A stretch of DNA of 64,000 bases. It comes from an uncultured Chloroflexia bacterium (GTDB taxonomy: Bacteria > Chloroflexota > Dehalococcoidia > DSTF01 > JALHUB01). The position numbers and the translations under genes are program-made. Each line of letters begins with the position of its first letter. The stretch's first letter is position 1. Shown piece by piece: positions 22,183-33,472 of the stretch. The notes below the pieces were generated by a model. That model saw nothing but the letters and a program-made list of their open reading frames with translations. It ran no database searches and was not told the origin of the DNA. Location: NCBI GenBank assembly GCA_963726245.1, contig CAVSBT010000037.1:128001-192000 (forward strand), written 5' to 3'.

Positions 22183-23127
22183 ACCTAATCCCCCGTGACT
22201 GACGGGGCCGACGAGATGCGCCCCCTTGGCGCTGGGAACCGTGACGAGGCTCGTGGCCTCGAAGCCGCGGGCCTGCGCCGCCTCTCTCATGGCCCGCGCT
22301 ATCTTATTGTCGTCCTCTCTGGTGAGAGCCAGGATAGTGCTGCCACCGCCCGAGAGGTAGGCGCAGAGGGCGCCCGCCTCGCGCGCCGCCCTGAACACGT
22401 CCTCCATGGCCGGGAAGAGCTGGGCCCGCGCCGGCTGGTGAAGCCGGTCCTGGGTGGCCACGTCCAGCAGATCGAAGCGGCCCTCGCTGAGAGCGGCGAC
22501 GAGCAGGGCAGCCCGCCCGATGTTGTGGATGGCGTCCTCGCGGGAGAGCTCCTTGGGCAACAGGCGCCGGCTCTCATCGGTGGGCATGGCCATCTCGGGC
22601 ACAAGGAGGACTGCCTTGAGCCCGCCGGGCATGGTCGCTCCCAGGTGGACCAGGCGTCCCCGGTCTGTCACCACCACCTGGAGGCCGCCGAAGAGGGCGG
22701 GGGCGGCGTTGTCGGCGTGGCCCTCCAGCCGCGCCGCCAGTGGGAGCAGCTCTTCCGCCGAAAGGGGTGCGCCCAGCAGGGCGTTGGCGGCCATCAGCCC
22801 GCCCACGCGAGCGGCGGCGCTGGCGCCCAGGCCTCGCGCCACCGGCACCTCGCCACCGGCCCAGACGGTCGACAGGCCGGCCGGCGGTTGGGCTCCGGCG
22901 GCTTCGTAGAGGGAGAGAGCCGCCTTCTCGATCATGGCCGACAGAGGGTCCGCGGGCGACGGCAGCGGTTCGGGGCGCGCTTCGACGGTAACCTCAGCCC
23001 AGAGGTCCAGGGCCATGCCCAGACAGTCGAACCCCGGCCCAAGGTTGGCCGAGGTCGCGGGCACCCGAACCGTGGCTCGCTGTGGTGGCAAGACGGTGTC
23101 CTCTCGTGGGTGGCCCGATTGTACCAT
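22183..23127 (-). CDS. thrB: homoserine kinase (reads in-frame into lysC as assembled)
   Basis: [47 protein letters not shown]. Confidence 0.92.
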
Positions 23128-23191
23128 CGCCCCTTCAGTCTATCAAACGTCCTGTTAAGGGTGCGCTAAACTGTATCCTGCCGCTTCCCCG

Positions 23192-23200
23192 TGCTATAAT
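23192..23200 (+). promoter_or_regulatory. extended -10 promoter (TGcTATAAT)
   Basis: Consensus match ~30 nt upstream of ATG 23231, which has an AGAGGTG RBS. Confidence 0.6.
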
Positions 23201-23230
23201 GCGCCCCGCCGCTATCAGAGAGGTGATGCC

Positions 23231-23551
23231 ATGTCCCTTGAAGAGCTTCGCGACCTCGTCATCGTCGTCTGGGGTATCCTGGGAATCGTGTTCCTGGCCG
23301 TGGCCATTGTGCTGGGGATCGTCGTGGGCCTGAGCGCCCGCCGCCTGATCGTCACAGTCCGGAGCCTGCTCCGGGATGACGTACAGCCGACCCTGCGCTC
23401 GGCCCGCCAGACCGTGGACAGCATCCGCGGCACCACCTCCTTCGTGGCCGATACTGCCGTCGCCCCCGTCATCCGTGTCTATGGCATTTTCTCCGGCGTC
23501 CGGCGTTTCCTGAGCGTGCTCCTGGGGTTCAAGAAACGTCGAAGCCGGTAG
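23231..23551 (+). CDS. small membrane protein (DUF948-like context)
   Basis: N-terminal TM helix then amphipathic helix; precedes a YtxH-like gene. Confidence 0.6.
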   Translation: MSLEELRDLVIVVWGILGIVFLAVAIVLGIVVGLSARRLIVTVRSLLRDDVQPTLRSARQTVDSIRGTTSFVADTAVAPVIRVYGIFSGVRRFLSVLLGFKKRRSR

Positions 23552-23590
23552 CTCTTCCTGTCGCACGGCCACCGCGAAAGGACGCACTCC

Positions 23591-23965
23591 ATGGAGGAGA
23601 ACGACAACAGCAGCGAATCAGAAGATGCCCCGGCGACCGCTGAGGCCTGCTGCCACGGTCCGGGGTTCCTGTTCGGTGTCATAATGGGCGCCCTGGTCGG
23701 CGCTGTCCTGGCGACCATCCTCACACCCGTCAGCGGCGACGAGGCGCGGCTCCGCGCCGCCGAGAAAGCCCCTGAGCTGTGGCGCCGTCGGGACGAGCTG
23801 ACGCGGGAGGGCCGCGAGAAGGCCCTGCACGTCGCTGAAGGCGCCCGTTCCCGACTGGCGGAGGCCCGGGAGGCCGCCAAGGAGGCGACCCAGGAGGCGC
23901 AGCAGGAGGCCCGCCGCCGCTACGAGGGCATGACGGGCCGCCGCTCGGGCCCGCCTCTCCCCTGA
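23591..23965 (+). CDS. YtxH-domain protein
   Basis: GFLFGVIMGALVGAVLATILTPVSGDEAR, followed by coiled coil. Confidence 0.75.
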   Translation: MEENDNSSESEDAPATAEACCHGPGFLFGVIMGALVGAVLATILTPVSGDEARLRAAEKAPELWRRRDELTREGREKALHVAEGARSRLAEAREAAKEATQEAQQEARRRYEGMTGRRSGPPLP

Positions 23966-23970
23966 CCCCA

Positions 23971-25035
23971 GTGGCTCCTCGCATTGTCACGGCGGTGGCT
24001 CTGCTGGCCCTATCCGCCCTTCTGGCGGCATGCGGCGCCGAAGGGTCGGCGGAACTTGTCGGCCCACAGCCCACTATCGCCCCCACGCCGCGGCCGGCGG
24101 CGACCCCTGACGCCCGCTCCGTGCCGGTGGAGCCTCTGATCCCGGAAGGAGCGACCGTCGAGAGAGTAATCTACGGCCGCCTCCTGCCCGGACAGGGCGA
24201 GCAGATCATCGTCCATAGCAGCCGCGACATCTCCGGCCAGGGCGGGTCCGCCTCAGACGGAAGCTGCGACCGGCAGGACTACCTCCAAATCTTCGCCTTC
24301 GACCCGGATTTCGGCCAGTGGAAGCCTCTCTTCGAGGGCGACAAGTGGCCGTCTACGGCCGCTCCCTTCATTCCCGACCGCGAGGACTCGTCCGACCCGT
24401 GCAAGAGCTACGAAACGCTGGACCTGGTCGAGCTGGTGGACATGGAAGCGGACGGCGGAATCCAGGACCTGGCCGTGGCCCTCGCCACCGGCAAGGAGGA
24501 TAAGCCCGGCCCGCTGCTGCTGAAGGTGTTCTCCTTCCGCTCCGGGGCCGCTGAGCCCATCTACGACGAGGCCGCGCCCCACGGCGGCGCCACCCGCATG
24601 CTCGCCGGCGGGCGCATCGCGCTGGAGCAGGGCACCTACCCGTCGAGCTCCAGCCCCCTCTGGCGCGGCCGCTCCAACCCCAACGGCACCCTAACAGAGG
24701 TCATCGGCCGGAACGAGGAGTACGGCCAGGTGGACGTGGTGGAGAGCTCACTGGCCCTCTACTGCCGCCACGGCGCCGTCGACCAGGTGAAGGACGACGC
24801 CCTCATCGTCACCTGCGACGCCGACGGCCAGCAGCGGTTCACCGGCTACCGGCTAAACGGCGAGACGAAAGTGCTGCCGGCGGAGTTCGGCGGGCCCGGC
24901 GACCTGCGCGTCGGGCAGGAGGTGTCGGTGAGCGCGGCCGAGCCCCTGGAGCTGAACGAGGACTGGGAGCTGGAGCCCGTCGCCTCGGAGATCCGAGTCC
25001 TGGACCAGCAACAGGCGTTCAGCGGCTTCCCGTGA
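23971..25035 (+). CDS. hypothetical lipoprotein
   Basis: LLAAC lipobox, Pro/Thr linker. Confidence 0.65.
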   Translation: MAPRIVTAVALLALSALLAACGAEGSAELVGPQPTIAPTPRPAATPDARSVPVEPLIPEGATVERVIYGRLLPGQGEQIIVHSSRDISGQGGSASDGSCDRQDYLQIFAFDPDFGQWKPLFEGDKWPSTAAPFIPDREDSSDPCKSYETLDLVELVDMEADGGIQDLAVALATGKEDKPGPLLLKVFSFRSGAAEPIYDEAAPHGGATRMLAGGRIALEQGTYPSSSSPLWRGRSNPNGTLTEVIGRNEEYGQVDVVESSLALYCRHGAVDQVKDDALIVTCDADGQQRFTGYRLNGETKVLPAEFGGPGDLRVGQEVSVSAAEPLELNEDWELEPVASEIRVLDQQQAFSGFP

Positions 25036-25042
25036 CAGCGAG

Positions 25043-25071
25043 AGGTGGGAGGCGCCTTTCGCCTCCCACCT
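25043..25071. terminator. hairpin terminator between convergent CDS and tRNA
   Basis: AGGTGGGAGGCG-CCTTT-CGCCTCCCACCT. Confidence 0.6.
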
Positions 25072-25088
25072 CTCTTCTTGTTTCCACA

Positions 25089-25179
<91 letters not shown>

Positions 25180-25236
25180 GCCTTCAGATTGAGTTGCCAC
25201 TTTGTCAATCTGTGGCGCTCAAGCTGTCACGTTTGG

Positions 25237-25326
25237 TGGCGGAGGGGGTGGGATTCGAACCCACGGTACGCTTGCGCGTACACCGCTTTTCGAGAGCGGC
25301 ACCATCAGCCTCTCGGACACCCCTCC
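25237..25326 (-). tRNA. tRNA-Ser(CGA)
   Basis: GGAGGGG...CCGCT-CT-CGA-AA-AGCGG, long variable arm, T-loop, CCA; TATAAT just upstream. Confidence 0.95.
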
Positions 25327-25400
25327 GCGCGTATTATAGCGCAGGCCGCGGTCGGCTGGATGACCGTCGGGCCGCCCGCCAACGAGCTGGCATGCAATCC

Positions 25401-25518
25401 GCAGGCGAGGCTTTCGAGCCTGGCGAGAGCAGGACGCCGAGGTCTAAAGGCCCCGGCTACATTGTTCTGAACAGGCTGCATGATTCCAAGCCAGATTCTT
25501 CGCTTCGCCCAGAATGAC
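25401..25518. repeat. REP-like doublet plus GATTCTTCGCTTCGCCCAGAATGAC element
   Basis: Reverse strand GTAGCCGGGGCCTTTAGACCTCGGCG; second element similar to 12079-12104. Confidence 0.6.
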
Positions 25519-25534
25519 GGTGTTCCAAGTGGTT

Positions 25535-26236
25535 CTAGATGCGCTCGGCGCGGACGACGAGGCGGTGGCTGTATTGGTGGATGTCTCGGTTGAACGTGCC
25601 GGTGCAGGTTATGAGGGTGACGGTGTCTTTGCTGGTGGGACCGACGATCTCGTTGATGGGGGCGTCGTCGCTGGCATAGGCGACGTTACTCACCACCAGG
25701 TACTGGTAGGAGGTGCCGTCGGCGAGGTCCACCTCGACCAGGTCGCCGGGGCCCAACTCCTTCAGGTGCCAGAAGACAGCGGGGCCGACGCTGGCGAAGT
25801 CCACGTGGCCGGAAAAGACGGCGTTGCTGCCCGCGCCCGGTCGGGCCGTGAAGTCGTACCAGCCCACATCAAAGGCCGACCTCGGCGACTGCATGGCGCC
25901 CTGGTCGTCCACTCCCAGCGTCACGACCGGCGCGTCGACCCCGATCTTGGGGATGACCAGTCGGGTCAAGGGAGCGCTGCTGGGCGGCGTCGCGGCGGGC
26001 GGCGTCTCGGCCAGTTGCCGCAGTCGCTGCTTGTCCAGGCTGAAGCCGGTCGAGGTAGTGGCGTCGCTGAGGGACGGGCCGGAAGTCGGCTCGGGGATGG
26101 AGCCGTCGGTGCCACTGCCCACGACTCCCGAGAAGGCCATCCCCAGGAGCACGAAGGCGGCCAGGATCAGGGCAACGCCGGCGCCCATGAGCCAGCGGTG
26201 CAGGTTCCGGTTACGATTGGCGTAGGAGCGACCCAT
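25535..26236 (-). CDS. class F sortase
   Basis: N-terminal TM; RLVIPKIGVDAPV, VGWY..PG..NAVFSGHVD, TLITC...RLVVRA (His/Cys/Arg triad). Confidence 0.92.
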   Translation of the reverse strand: MGRSYANRNRNLHRWLMGAGVALILAAFVLLGMAFSGVVGSGTDGSIPEPTSGPSLSDATTSTGFSLDKQRLRQLAETPPAATPPSSAPLTRLVIPKIGVDAPVVTLGVDDQGAMQSPRSAFDVGWYDFTARPGAGSNAVFSGHVDFASVGPAVFWHLKELGPGDLVEVDLADGTSYQYLVVSNVAYASDDAPINEIVGPTSKDTVTLITCTGTFNRDIHQYSHRLVVRAERI

Positions 26237-26688
26237 GCGCTTCTAGCCCTCGAAACCACTAACGGTACTTCATTATACGTTATTACGTCCGATTATGGGT
26301 TCGGGACTCGTTGGGCGGCAGTCGCCCCGCGACGTAGGGACAGAGCTTCCCCGCCGAAGGCGGGTCCGCCTCTGGCAGAAGCTCCGTCCGCAAGGCAGTT
26401 GTAGGGGGCAGACGGAGCGTGCCCCAGAAGGCCAGCCTGAAGCCTGGCACCGGTGGCTCGAGCCGGCCTCAAGGCAGGCCTTCAGAGGAATGGATAGCGG
26501 CCGGGCCTCCGCGACACCCGATCACGCCAAATAGGGAACTTCTTGCTCCCGCCCAGCGTTAACCATTTGGGGCCGCGCCGCGTTCTTATTGTAGAGCGGC
26601 CCTACCGGGCTCCGGCCCGGTTTGTACGGCCGTTCATCGGTGTGTCCCGGCCCGCCATAGGCGGGAGCGCCGCGGGGCCGCCGCAGTA

Positions 26689-26718
26689 TTGACAAGGGAC
26701 GCCTGCTGTACTAAAGAT
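26689..26718 (+). promoter_or_regulatory. sigma70-like promoter (TTGACA-N17-TAAAGA), duplicated at ~28638
   Basis: Perfect -35; near-identical promoter and ~95-nt leader before both paralogs. Confidence 0.6.
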
Positions 26719-26815
26719 AGGCGCGGTGGCGGGAGTAGGTCCGCCTGAGGCGGAAAGGCGCAAAGCGGACGTAGCGTAGTTCACTAGCCCGTCAGGGCAA
26801 GGAGGGCCAAGCCTC

Positions 26816-28437
26816 ATGCGCGTTCCAGGGCAGCAGAGAAAGTCTTACATGTGGAGGTGGACGGCAGCGCTCGCGGGGTTGGCCGTCCTTGGTTTTGCGC
26901 TGGTGATGGCGGTGGTGGTCACGCCGGCCAGCAGCGTCCAGGCTGCCACCTTTACCGTGAACAGCGTTGCTGACACCGGCGACGCCGACGCTCGCCGACG
27001 CCAAGTGCGACGTCAACCTAGCGTACATCGGGCAACCAGTGCACCCTGCGTGCAGCCATCGAGCAGGCCAACAACCGACTCCGGCGGTTGGCCAACACCA
27101 TCACCTTCAGCTCGGCACCGGCACTCAACCATCACTCCCGGTGGGCGCCTATGACGCCCTCGGTGACGACGGCCTCACCATCAATGGGGAGCGGGACCAT
27201 CGTCATCAAAGGCGCTTCCTGCCATGCTGGAGGTCGACGCCGACAACGTCACCATCTCGCACCTGATCCTGAACGGCGACGCCGCCGGCGCAAACGGCAT
27301 CGTGGTGCGCGCCACCAACGACAGCTACCCACCTCACCGGCGTCGAGGTCAGGAAGTACACCGGGACGGGCATCGTCTTCAACGGCAACAACGACGACTT
27401 CGTCCTGGATACCGTCAATGTCCACGACAACACCGGCGACCGGCATAGACCTGGCCGCTGGTTCTGACGACGGCATCATCCGCAACAGCACCATCGAGGA
27501 CAACGGCGGCGGCGGGATCTACCTGAACGACGGCTCGGGCAACCAGATCCTCAACAACACCATCCAGGATAACGGCACTGGGCCGACACGACGACAACGG
27601 CATCGAGGCCACAGACCAGAGCGAGTTGACGCATCCTGGGCAACACCCATCAGCGACAACTACGACGACGCGATCCGGATCGAAGGCGCCGGCACCGGCC
27701 TGGTCACGATCAACAACAACAGCATCCACGTCGGCCAGGGTGGCATCGACCTCGAGGACGACTGCCACTGCGACGACGTCCATATCAGCGGCGATACCGC
27801 CATCCGAGTCCAACTGCTTCAGCGGCTCCCTGACCGCCGACGTCGAGTTCTACCTGGCAGAACGAAAGCGGCGACGACATCGAGGCCCAGTACAACTACT
27901 GGGCCGGCGACACGGACCCCAAAGACAAGATATGTGCCATCGGACCAGAACAACGTCTAATTGCGACGCGAGGCGGCGGTACCGCAGACGGCGACGTCGA
28001 CTGGAGCCCGGTGGCAAGCTCGTGCGCCGGTGGCCACGCGTCACACCCACGCCTACCACCGCCACGGGTAGCATCACACCCAGCTTGACGCCCACGTGAC
28101 GGGCACGCCGCCCACGTCGACGCCCACAGTGACGGGCACGCCGCCTACATCCACGCCCACGCCCACGAGCGCCATGGAGTCGGTGACGCTGGCGGGCGGC
28201 ACCTGCAACCCGGTGGCCAGCACCTACGCGGACGGCACGCCCATCGCCACCATCGCGGCAGGCGTCTCACCGTCGGGCATCCTCATCTCCATCTGGTGGT
28301 ACAACACCGGTTCGGGAACCTGGCTCGGCTACTCGGCCCAGTTCCCCGACCAGAGCGACTTGAGCAGCGTGGACCGCCTGGAGGCGATATTCATCTGCGT
28401 CAGCTCCGCAGGCACCTGGAGCCGGCCTATAATCTGA
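26816..28437 (+). CDS. secreted CSLREA-domain / parallel beta-helix protein with Pro-Thr linker and GCNP-type C-terminal domain (multiple frameshifts)
   Basis: Signal peptide VQA|ATFTVN, CTLRAAIEQAN, N/D/G-rich repeats, C-terminus ESVTLAGGTCNPV...SRPII. Confidence 0.8.
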
Positions 28438-28768
28438 GAGGAGCGGAACGGGCGCGACTCCTGACGCGAGAAGTCAGGGATTTCCAATGGGGGCGGCCGG
28501 TGGGCCGCCCCCATCCGTTAAGGCCTGCCTGCCGGCAGGCAGGAAGATCAGCAGGGAAGGAGCAAGACCCATGCGTGTTCGAAAGCTCACCCCTGCCTCT
28601 GGATTCTTGCCCGTCCGGGCTGCGGCCTGCCGGAGTATTGACAAGGGGCACCTTCTGCACTAAAGATAGGCGCGGTGGCGGGAGCAGGCCCGCCTAAGGC
28701 GGAAAGGCTGCGAGAGACAGGACCTAGCGTAGTTCACTAGCCCGTCAGGGCAAGGAGGGCCAAGCCTC

Positions 28769-30391
28769 ATGCGCGTTCCAGGGCAGCAGAGAAAGTCTGG
28801 CACGTGGAGGTGGACGGCAGCGCTCGCGGGGGTGGCCGTCCTTGCTCTTGCGCTGGTCGCGGCGGTGGTGGTCACGCCGGCCGGCAGGGTCCAGGCCGCC
28901 ACCTTTACGGTGAACCGGACTACCGACGAATCTGACAACGACGTTACCGACGGCGTGTGTGACTGGGACCGGCGACGACTGGCAACCAGTGCACTCTCCG
29001 TGCAGCCATCGAGCAGGCCAACGAAGACTCCGGGGTCGGCAACACCATCAGCTTCAGTATCACCGGCGGCGGCACCCACACCATTACCCCGGCGGGGAGT
29101 GCCTATGACCCCATTGTTGACGACGGCCTCACTATCAACGGCGCAGCAATATCGTCATCAAAGGCGCTTTCGCCACGCTGGAGATCGACGCCGACAACGT
29201 CACCATCTCCCACCTGATCCTGAACGGCGACGCCGCGGCCGGAAACGGCATCGTGGTGGACACCCCCAACGACGCTACCCACCTCACCGGCGTCGAGGTC
29301 AAGAAGTACACCGGGACGGGCATCATCTTCAGCGGCAACAACGACGACTTCATCCTGGATGCCGTCAATGTCCATGACAACGGTACGGTCGCCGGGCTCG
29401 GCATAGTCCTGGCCGCTGGTTCTGACGACGGCATCATCCGCAACAGTACCATCGAGGACAACAGCGTCGAAGGGATCTACCTGACCGACGGCTCGGGCAA
29501 CCAGATCCTCAACAACCAATCGAGGATAACGGCAGCCCTGACCGCGGCGACGGCATCGGGGCCGACAGCCAGAGCGAGTTGAGCATCCTGGGCAACACCC
29601 TGAACGATAACTTCGACGACGCGATCCGGATCGAAGGCGCCGGGACCGGCCTGGTGACAATCAACAACAACAGCATCCGCGTCGGCCAAGGCGGCATTGA
29701 CCTCGAGGCGGGCTGCAACTGCGACGACGTCCATATCAGCGGCACCACTGCTGCCGAGTCCAACTGCTTCAGCGGCTCCCTGACCTCCGACGTCGAGTTC
29801 TACCTGGCGAACGAAAGCGGTGCTGACATCGAGGCGCAGTACAACTACTGGGCCGGCGATACCGACCCCGACGAAAAGATATGTGCCGTGGATCAGAATA
29901 ATGTCGCGGACTGTGACCACGGCGGAGGCGATCCCCCAGACGGCGACGTCGACTGGAGCCCGGTAGCTTCGAGCTGTGCCGGGGTGGCTACGGTCACGCC
30001 CACGCCTACCATCACGGGTACCATCACGCCCACCCTAACACCTACGGTGACGGGCACACCGCCCACGTCGACGCCCACCAACACGGCGACGCCAACGGGT
30101 CCCACGGCCACGCCGACAACGGGCCCCATGGAGTCGGTGACGCTGGCGGGCGGCCACTGCAACCCGGTGATCAGCACGTACGCCGATGGCACGCCCATCG
30201 CCACCATCGCCGCGGGCGTCTCACCGTCCGGCATCCTCATCTCCATCTGGTGGTTCAACCCCGGTACGGGTGACTGGCTCGGCTACTCGCCCCAGTTCCC
30301 CAGCGTGAGCGACCTTGCCAATGTGGACCGCCTGGAGGTGATCTTCATCTGCGTTAGCTCCCAGGGTAACTGGAGCCGGCCCATAATATAG
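28769..30391 (+). CDS. tandem paralog of 26816..28437 (CSLREA/beta-helix + GCNP-type CTD; frameshifts)
   Basis: High DNA similarity along the gene; ends ESVTLAGGHCNPV...SRPII. Confidence 0.82.
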
Positions 30392-30511
30392 GGGAGCGGA
30401 ACGGGCTCGACTCGTGAGCGCGAGGAGTTGGGGGCTCGCGAAACGGGGGCGGCCCACCGGCCGCCCCCGTCCATTCAGGGAGGATAACTTAGCAGGGAAG
30501 GAGCAAGACCC

Positions 30512-31939
30512 ATGCGTACGCGAAAGCTCAGCCGCGCGGCGGCAGCAATTGTCTTGAGCACCCTCGGTGCGGCGCTGCTGGTCTGGCTGGCGGTGGTTCC
30601 AGCCACCCGAGTCCAGGCGGCTACTTTCACCGTCAACGTAACCACCGACGGCGGCGACCTGGCTGCCGACGGTGTCTGCGACTCGGACGCGGCGGGCGGC
30701 AACCAGTGCAGCCTGCGCGCCGCCATCCAGGAGGCCGACGCCTCGGCGGGCCAGGACGTCATCGCCATCGGCGTCGCCGGGCCCATCGTGCTCACCGGCT
30801 CGCTACCGCAGATTACGGATAACGGCCTTGTTATCACCGGGAGCGGCCAGCAGGTCAGCATGACCGCCCCTGGCATCGCCTTCTGAGGTCAACGCTGACG
30901 GCGTCCAGATCAACAACCTGGTCATCGACGGCTCGAACGTCGGCACCACGGGCATCAGGATCAGCGTCCACGACGGATGACCTGATCCTGGACGGCGTCA
31001 CGTCCGTGGCTTCACCAGTGACGGCTTCTGAGAACACCGGTGGCGGCGGCCAGCGCAATACCATCCGCAACAGCACCTTCACCGCCAACGCGGGCGACGG
31101 CATCGGGTTCACCGGCGGCAAAGATGACGTCGTATCTCGACAGCATCATCACCAACAACGGCCAGGCGGCCGACGGCCTGGAGGTGTCAACGAGGACGGC
31201 CTGGTCATCCAGGGCAACACCTTCTCAGGCAACTTCAACGCCCAGATCGCTGATCGGCAGCATGCAGGCCGGCCAGCACGTGTCTATCATCCAGAACAGC
31301 ATCACATCGGGCTCCGACGGCATCGTCATCGGTGCGGCGGTGAACGCGACGGCCGCCATCGACATCGGCCTCTCCGTCGCCAACCGCAACGTCTTCCGCG
31401 GCGCCATTGCCGCCCCGGCCGAGCAGCACCTGAGGAACCTGAGCCCCGCCAACATCAACGCCATCTACAACGACTGGGACGCCTACAATCCGGCCGCCAT
31501 CGAGGGCGAAATCTGCCACGATGGCGACGCGGGTTGCGGGCCCGGCGTGGTCAACTTTGATCCGTTCGTCGACACGCCCTCGCCCCTGCCCACCATCACG
31601 CCGACGCCCACGGTCACCGAGACGCCCGGTACCCCCACGGTAACGCCCACGGGGACGCCTGCCGCTACCGGCACGCCGGGAGCCGTGGAGACGTTGCCCC
31701 TGATAGCAGGCTGCAACCCGCTGGCCTGGACCGGGACCGACAACACGCCCATCGCCACCATCGCCGGCGCCGTCTCGCCGGCGGGCATTCTCGTGGCACT
31801 CTGGCAGTTCAACAACGGCACCTGGCTCGGCTACTCGCCTCAGTTCCCCGAAGTCAGCGACCTTCAGCAGATGAACCGTCTGGACGTTGCCTTCGTCTGT
31901 GTGAGTGGCGCGGGCACCTTCAGCCGTCCCGTGATCTAG
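30512..31939 (+). CDS. secreted CSLREA-domain / beta-helix protein with GCNP-type CTD (frameshifts)
   Basis: ATFTVNVTTD...NQCSLRAAIQEAD; ends ETLPLIAGCNPL...SRPVI. Confidence 0.82.
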
Positions 31940-32641
31940 GAGGCACAAAGGGCAGAGCTCACCAATCACGGGTCGGGGCGGTCGTGCGACCGCCCCGACC
32001 TTGTCCGGGGGACCCCTCCAAGGGTCGCCCAAGCTGCCGCCGCGGGACAGGCGGAAATTGTTTCGCAGTTTTTGTCTTTCGGGAAGTCCCTGCACGTCCA
32101 CCCTCGCCAAGGGAGCCCGCTCACCGCTGCGTCGGGCTTGGAGCGCTTCCAGACTCGTGCAGGAATCGGCAGAGCTGCCGGGTCAGGTGCGTCGGATCTC
32201 TCACGTGTCTTGAAACACTACACACGATGTCAACCTGCCCTCACTAGAGACAGCGTTACCTTCCGCGCAGCCCAGGGCCAACAGCTACGGACGCGCTCTG
32301 CCACACCATAGACGCTCTTCCTCCACCCCAGGCTCGGCCACCTATCTCACCAACGCCCTCGGCGCCGAACCAAACTCGCCTAAGTATCCACCGACCCCCT
32401 GGCACTCTCCACCTCCCCCGCGAAGCCCTTTCCGGCCTGTGCTGTTTTCACACTACGGAAGCCCATCCTCATCATCGGAACCCCATGAACGGCATGTCCC
32501 ACCACATCTATGACAACTATGAACGGGTGGAGGGGTGACGGGCAGTACCTGCCGATGCTACAATCCTTCCGGCCCATGTATTGAGCCACACTCAGCGGCA
32601 CTATTGTGGCACGCAATCCCCGTCCAAAGGAGGTGGGCTCG

Positions 32642-33151
32642 ATGGCTCGACTCGCATTAAGCGTTATTCTTACTAGTGTGTTCCTCATGGCGGCACTCAG
32701 CATGCTTAGAAATGGCCATGTGAACCCCGTGGCCCCTGTCTATGCTTGAGGAGGCCCTCCGCCGCCGACGGCGACTTCGGCGGCCGCCACGGGTTCCGTG
32801 GCACCCACAAGTACCGTAGTACCCACACGTATCGTGGCTCCCACGGCCATACCCACGCAAGCCCCGCAGCCGACATCAGCACCGTCTCCGGGCGCAACCG
32901 AGACGGTTCCGCTCATCGCGGGGTGTAGCCCTGTGGTCTGGACAGGCATACATGGTACGCCCATCGGCACCGTTGCTAGCGCCGTCTCACCGGCCGGGAG
33001 CCTCGTCGCGCTCTGGGCGTTTGACGCTGGTCTCTGGCTAGGGTACTCGCCTCAATTCCCGGAAGTCAGCGATCTGGCGCAGATGAATCGCCTGGACGTG
33101 GTCTTCGTCTGCGTCAGCACTACCGGCACCTTCAGCCGGCCCGTGATCTAG
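32642..33151 (+). pseudogene. signal peptide + Pro/Thr linker + GCNP-type CTD with in-frame TGA at 32747-32749
   Basis: AAAGGAGG RBS, MARLALSVILTSVFLMAAL...PVYA*GGPPPPT in the same frame as ORF 32798..33151. Confidence 0.7.
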
Positions 33152-33472
33152 GGGGCATCTGGGCCGGACCTCAGCAACAAGGACAAGTTCGGGGCGGCCA
33201 TACGGCCGCCCCGATTGATTCTCAGGGAAAGTGAGCGGCGCGGCTTTGGGCCCGGCTTACCTGCAAGGCGTGAAAAGACGACGCTGCTCAGGCCACTGCA
33301 ATGTGCTGGTACGTGTGTTCGCGTACGTCCGCCGCTGCCAGAAGCACAAGCAGGTTGTGTCGCATTTCGTCGCGTCCTGTCGCATCCAGGCGACGCGACC
33401 GTCCGAGACCCAGCTTGCAGCGGACTCGGCGTCGGGTTCGGACCCTGTCAGTGGTAGCTCCTGGCGATGCCG

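Noticed and set aside
26720-26815. Duplicated leader as a riboswitch
   Set aside because: Conservation is explained by the recent duplication; no known aptamer consensus was recognised by eye.
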